Shown here: piece by piece, positions 55,858 to 58,383 of the stretch | Layout of the letters: each line of letters starts with the position of its first letter | Numbering within the stretch: position 1 is the first letter of the stretch | Notes under the pieces: model-generated | Told to the model about the DNA's origin: nothing | The model's database searches: none | Seen by the model: the letters and a program-made list of their open reading frames with translations, nothing else | Made by a program: the position numbers and the translations under genes | Assembly: GCA_002375205.1 (NCBI GenBank) | Contig: DFLL01000040.1 | Location: 1-58,383 of the forward strand | Source of the DNA: Bacillales bacterium UBA3620 | Lineage (GTDB): Bacteria; Bacillota_I; Bacilli_A; RF39; UBA660 | Reading direction: 5' to 3' | Length of the DNA: 58,383 nt

Positions 55858-55930
55858 TAGAAGAATTCTTCTACTAATGGGTTATGGAAAAATAACGAAG
55901 TTATTTTGGGTAGCGAAGCGGTTAAATAAA
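55858..55930. repeat. right arm of the inverted repeat
   Basis: See the left arm. It contains the 16-bp palindrome TAGAAGAATTCTTCTA (55858-55873). Confidence 0.7.
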
Positions 55931-56030
55931 TGTAAAATATTACCAAAGAATGACTATTATTTTATATCTAAATATCTTGAAAAATATATGTTTTTAGTAT
56001 ATACTTATATTAACAAAAAGGAGATAGTAT

Positions 56031-56789
56031 ATGAAGAGTAGTAGGATTATGAAAATATTCGAACAATATGTTAGAAAATATGATATGAATAATGTTAATA
56101 TTAAATCTAGATATTTTCACTCTCTTAAAGTAATGGAAATAGCTAAAGAACTTGCTACAGGTCTTGGTATATTTACTGAAGAAGAGATAGCAGTTATAGA
56201 ACTAATATCTCTATTCCATGAATTAGCTAATTTTTCTAAGACTCCTAATTATAGAATAAATGAAGATGATGATGATATTAGTGAAAGATCGCTTGATATA
56301 TTATTTAATAAAGGAATTATTAGAGATATAACGAAAGATACTACATATGATGATATTATTAAGATGGCTATATATGGTATTGATAAAAATGGATTTCCTA
56401 GAGATATTGATGAAAAAACTAAACATATTTGTGCTATTGTAAAGGATGCTCATAACTTAGATTCTTTTAGATTATTTGTTAATTATCCTTATGTAGATAC
56501 TAGAATAAGTGAGTATCCAAAAGCACTCGTTTATAATGATTTTAAGAAGTTTAAGACTATTAATAACAAGGTATGTGAAAATAATTCAGATAGTGTATTA
56601 GCACTACTTTCTAAGATGTATTCGTTTAATTATAAATATTCTTATTATTTACTTAAACAAAATGATTATGTGGCTAAGTTATTTGATATGCTTACTTTTG
56701 AGAATGATGATACAGAAAAGTTTTTTAAACAACTTACAATGGTATTAAATAACTATATTGATAAAAGGATAGGTGCTGTATATGCTTGA
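56031..56789 (+). CDS. HD-domain-like protein (degenerate HD motif)
   Basis: It has [15 protein letters not shown] and LFHELANF helices typical of HD-superfamily hydrolases. AAAGGAG precedes the ATG. Confidence 0.5.
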   Translation: MKSSRIMKIFEQYVRKYDMNNVNIKSRYFHSLKVMEIAKELATGLGIFTEEEIAVIELISLFHELANFSKTPNYRINEDDDDISERSLDILFNKGIIRDITKDTTYDDIIKMAIYGIDKNGFPRDIDEKTKHICAIVKDAHNLDSFRLFVNYPYVDTRISEYPKALVYNDFKKFKTINNKVCENNSDSVLALLSKMYSFNYKYSYYLLKQNDYVAKLFDMLTFENDDTEKFFKQLTMVLNNYIDKRIGAVYA

Positions 56790-58383
56790 TAAAAAATATA
56801 ACCACTTAGAAGTGGAAAAAGATAAATATAATATATGGAAAGAAAAGGGTTATTTTACTTCGAATGATATGAGTAAAGAACCTTTTTGTATTGTTATTCC
56901 TCCTCCTAATGTTACGGGTAAATTACATTTAGGTCATGCTTGGGATACTAGTTTACAAGATATTTTAATTAGATATAAGAAGATGCAAGGATTTGATGCT
57001 GTATGGATTCCAGGTATGGATCATGCTGGTATTGCTACGCAAGCTAAAATTGATAAGAAACTTAGGAGTGAAGGAATAGATCCACGAAGTATGGACAGAG
57101 AAGAATGGCTTAAAGTTGCTTGGTCTTGGAAAGAAGAATATGCCGAAAACATTCATAAACAGTGGGCTAAGTTAGGTCTTGCTCTAGACTATACTAAAGA
57201 GAGATTTACTTTAGATGAAGGATTATCTAATGCTGTTAAAAAAGTATTTGTAGATTTATATAACAAAGGCTTAATTTACAGGGGAGAAAGAATAATTAAC
57301 TGGGATCCTGCTGCTAAAACAGCTTTATCTAATGAAGAAGTTATCTATAAAGATGTCGAAGGAGCCTTCTATCATGTTAAATATATGATTGAGGGAGAAG
57401 ATGGCTACTTAGAAGTTGCTACGACTAGACCTGAGACTTTATTTGGTGATACTGCTGTTGCTGTTAATCCAGAAGATAATAGATATAAGGAATATATTGG
57501 TAAGAATGTTATTTTACCTTTAGTTAATAAAAAGATACCAGTAATAGCAGATGAGCATGCTGATATGGAGTTTGGTACTGGTGTAGTTAAGATTACTCCT
57601 GCTCATGATCCTAATGACTTTGAAGTTGGTAATAGACATAATTTAGAGAGAATTATTGTTATGAATACTGATGGTACAATGAATGAGAATGCTGGTAAAT
57701 ATAATGGATTAGACAGGTTTGAATGTAGGGATAAAGTAGTAGAAGATTTAAAAGAAGAAGGACTACTAATAAGTATTGAACCTATTAGTCATAATGTTGG
57801 TTTCTCCGAGAGAAGTGATGTTATGATAGAACCTTATTTATCTAAACAATGGTTTGTTAAGATGAGACCACTAGCAGATAGAGTTCTTGCTAATCAGAAA
57901 AATAAGGATACAAAAGTTAACTTTGTTCCTAGTAGATATGAAAAGACTATGAATCACTGGATGGAAATTACTTATGATTGGTGTATATCGAGACAATTAT
58001 GGTGGGGTCATAGAATTCCTGCTTGGTATAAAGGTGATGAAGTATATGTTGGAGTGGAAGCTCCTAATGGTGATGGATGGGTACAAGACTCTGATGTACT
58101 TGATACTTGGTTTTCATCAGCCTTATGGCCATTTAGCACTTTAGGTTGGCCGGAAGATACCGAATTACTTAGAAGATATTATCCTAATAATGTACTTGTT
58201 ACTGGTTATGATATTATTCCTTTCTGGGTTAATAGAATGACATTCCAAGGATTAGAATTTTTGGGTATTAGACCATTTAAAGATTGCTTAATTCATGGAC
58301 TTATTATAGATAAACAAGGTAGAAAGATGAGTAAGAGTCTAGGTAATGGAATAGATCCGATGGATGTAATTGAAGAGTATGGA
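56782..58383 (+). CDS. valS: valine--tRNA ligase, N-terminal 534 codons (runs off the window end)
   Basis: It has [14 protein letters not shown] (HIGH motif), [16 protein letters not shown] and [11 protein letters not shown] (KMSKS). It is absent from the ORF track because no stop codon falls in the window. Confidence 0.93.
   Translation, partial: MLDKKYNHLEVEKDKYNIWKEKGYFTSNDMSKEPFCIVIPPPNVTGKLHLGHAWDTSLQDILIRYKKMQGFDAVWIPGMDHAGIATQAKIDKKLRSEGIDPRSMDREEWLKVAWSWKEEYAENIHKQWAKLGLALDYTKERFTLDEGLSNAVKKVFVDLYNKGLIYRGERIINWDPAAKTALSNEEVIYKDVEGAFYHVKYMIEGEDGYLEVATTRPETLFGDTAVAVNPEDNRYKEYIGKNVILPLVNKKIPVIADEHADMEFGTGVVKITPAHDPNDFEVGNRHNLERIIVMNTDGTMNENAGKYNGLDRFECRDKVVEDLKEEGLLISIEPISHNVGFSERSDVMIEPYLSKQWFVKMRPLADRVLANQKNKDTKVNFVPSRYEKTMNHWMEITYDWCISRQLWWGHRIPAWYKGDEVYVGVEAPNGDGWVQDSDVLDTWFSSALWPFSTLGWPEDTELLRRYYPNNVLVTGYDIIPFWVNRMTFQGLEFLGIRPFKDCLIHGLIIDKQGRKMSKSLGNGIDPMDVIEEYG

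Overview
This is a 58.4-kb chromosomal window from a very AT-rich, spore-forming Firmicute. spoIIR, a cwlD-like amidase, a YtaF/MntP-family gene and Spo0A-box-like repeats all point to sporulation. TGA is used as a stop codon, so this is not a Mollicute.

The window spans the classical origin-proximal gene set. On the minus strand, 27.6-35.1 kb carries noc, rsmG, mnmG, mnmE, jag, yidC, rnpA and rpmH. Left of that lie pcrA, tsaEB-rimI-tsaD, htrA, clpP, an agr quorum-sensing locus, ltaS, rpmE, murA and spoIIR. Coding polarity flips at about 35.1-35.3 kb. To the right, almost everything is plus-strand: soj-spo0J, csp, Bacillus-type dnaB-dnaI, dnaE, gmk and valS (which runs off the window end). 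dnaA-dnaN are not next to rpmH. Two unrecognised ORFs sit there instead, behind a consensus promoter with iteron-like direct repeats.

Three accessory regions stand out:
1. 39.5-42.1 kb holds three tandem, mosaic ORF6N-family paralogs. One is disrupted. Each carries a long perfect palindrome at the same internal position.
2. 42.2-48.4 kb holds a tightly coupled operon. Its first gene encodes an HNH nuclease fused to 6.7 near-identical 70-aa repeats whose substitutions cluster at a few positions. It is followed by an mTERF-like helical-repeat protein, a 4x HA-like repeat protein, a DUF1292-like protein and a transglutaminase-like protein. I consider this the best candidate for an undescribed system.
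3. 54.6-55.9 kb is a 1.3-kb segment bounded by inverted repeats. It contains a consensus promoter, a 25-codon hydrophobic ORF, long-range 5'/3' complementarity carrying perfect DnaA boxes, and a convergent terminator. This layout resembles a type I toxin-antitoxin locus.

I found no rRNA, tRNA, CRISPR array, transposase or integrase. All family calls rest on motif recognition by eye, and coordinates were counted by hand. No searches or folding programs were run.
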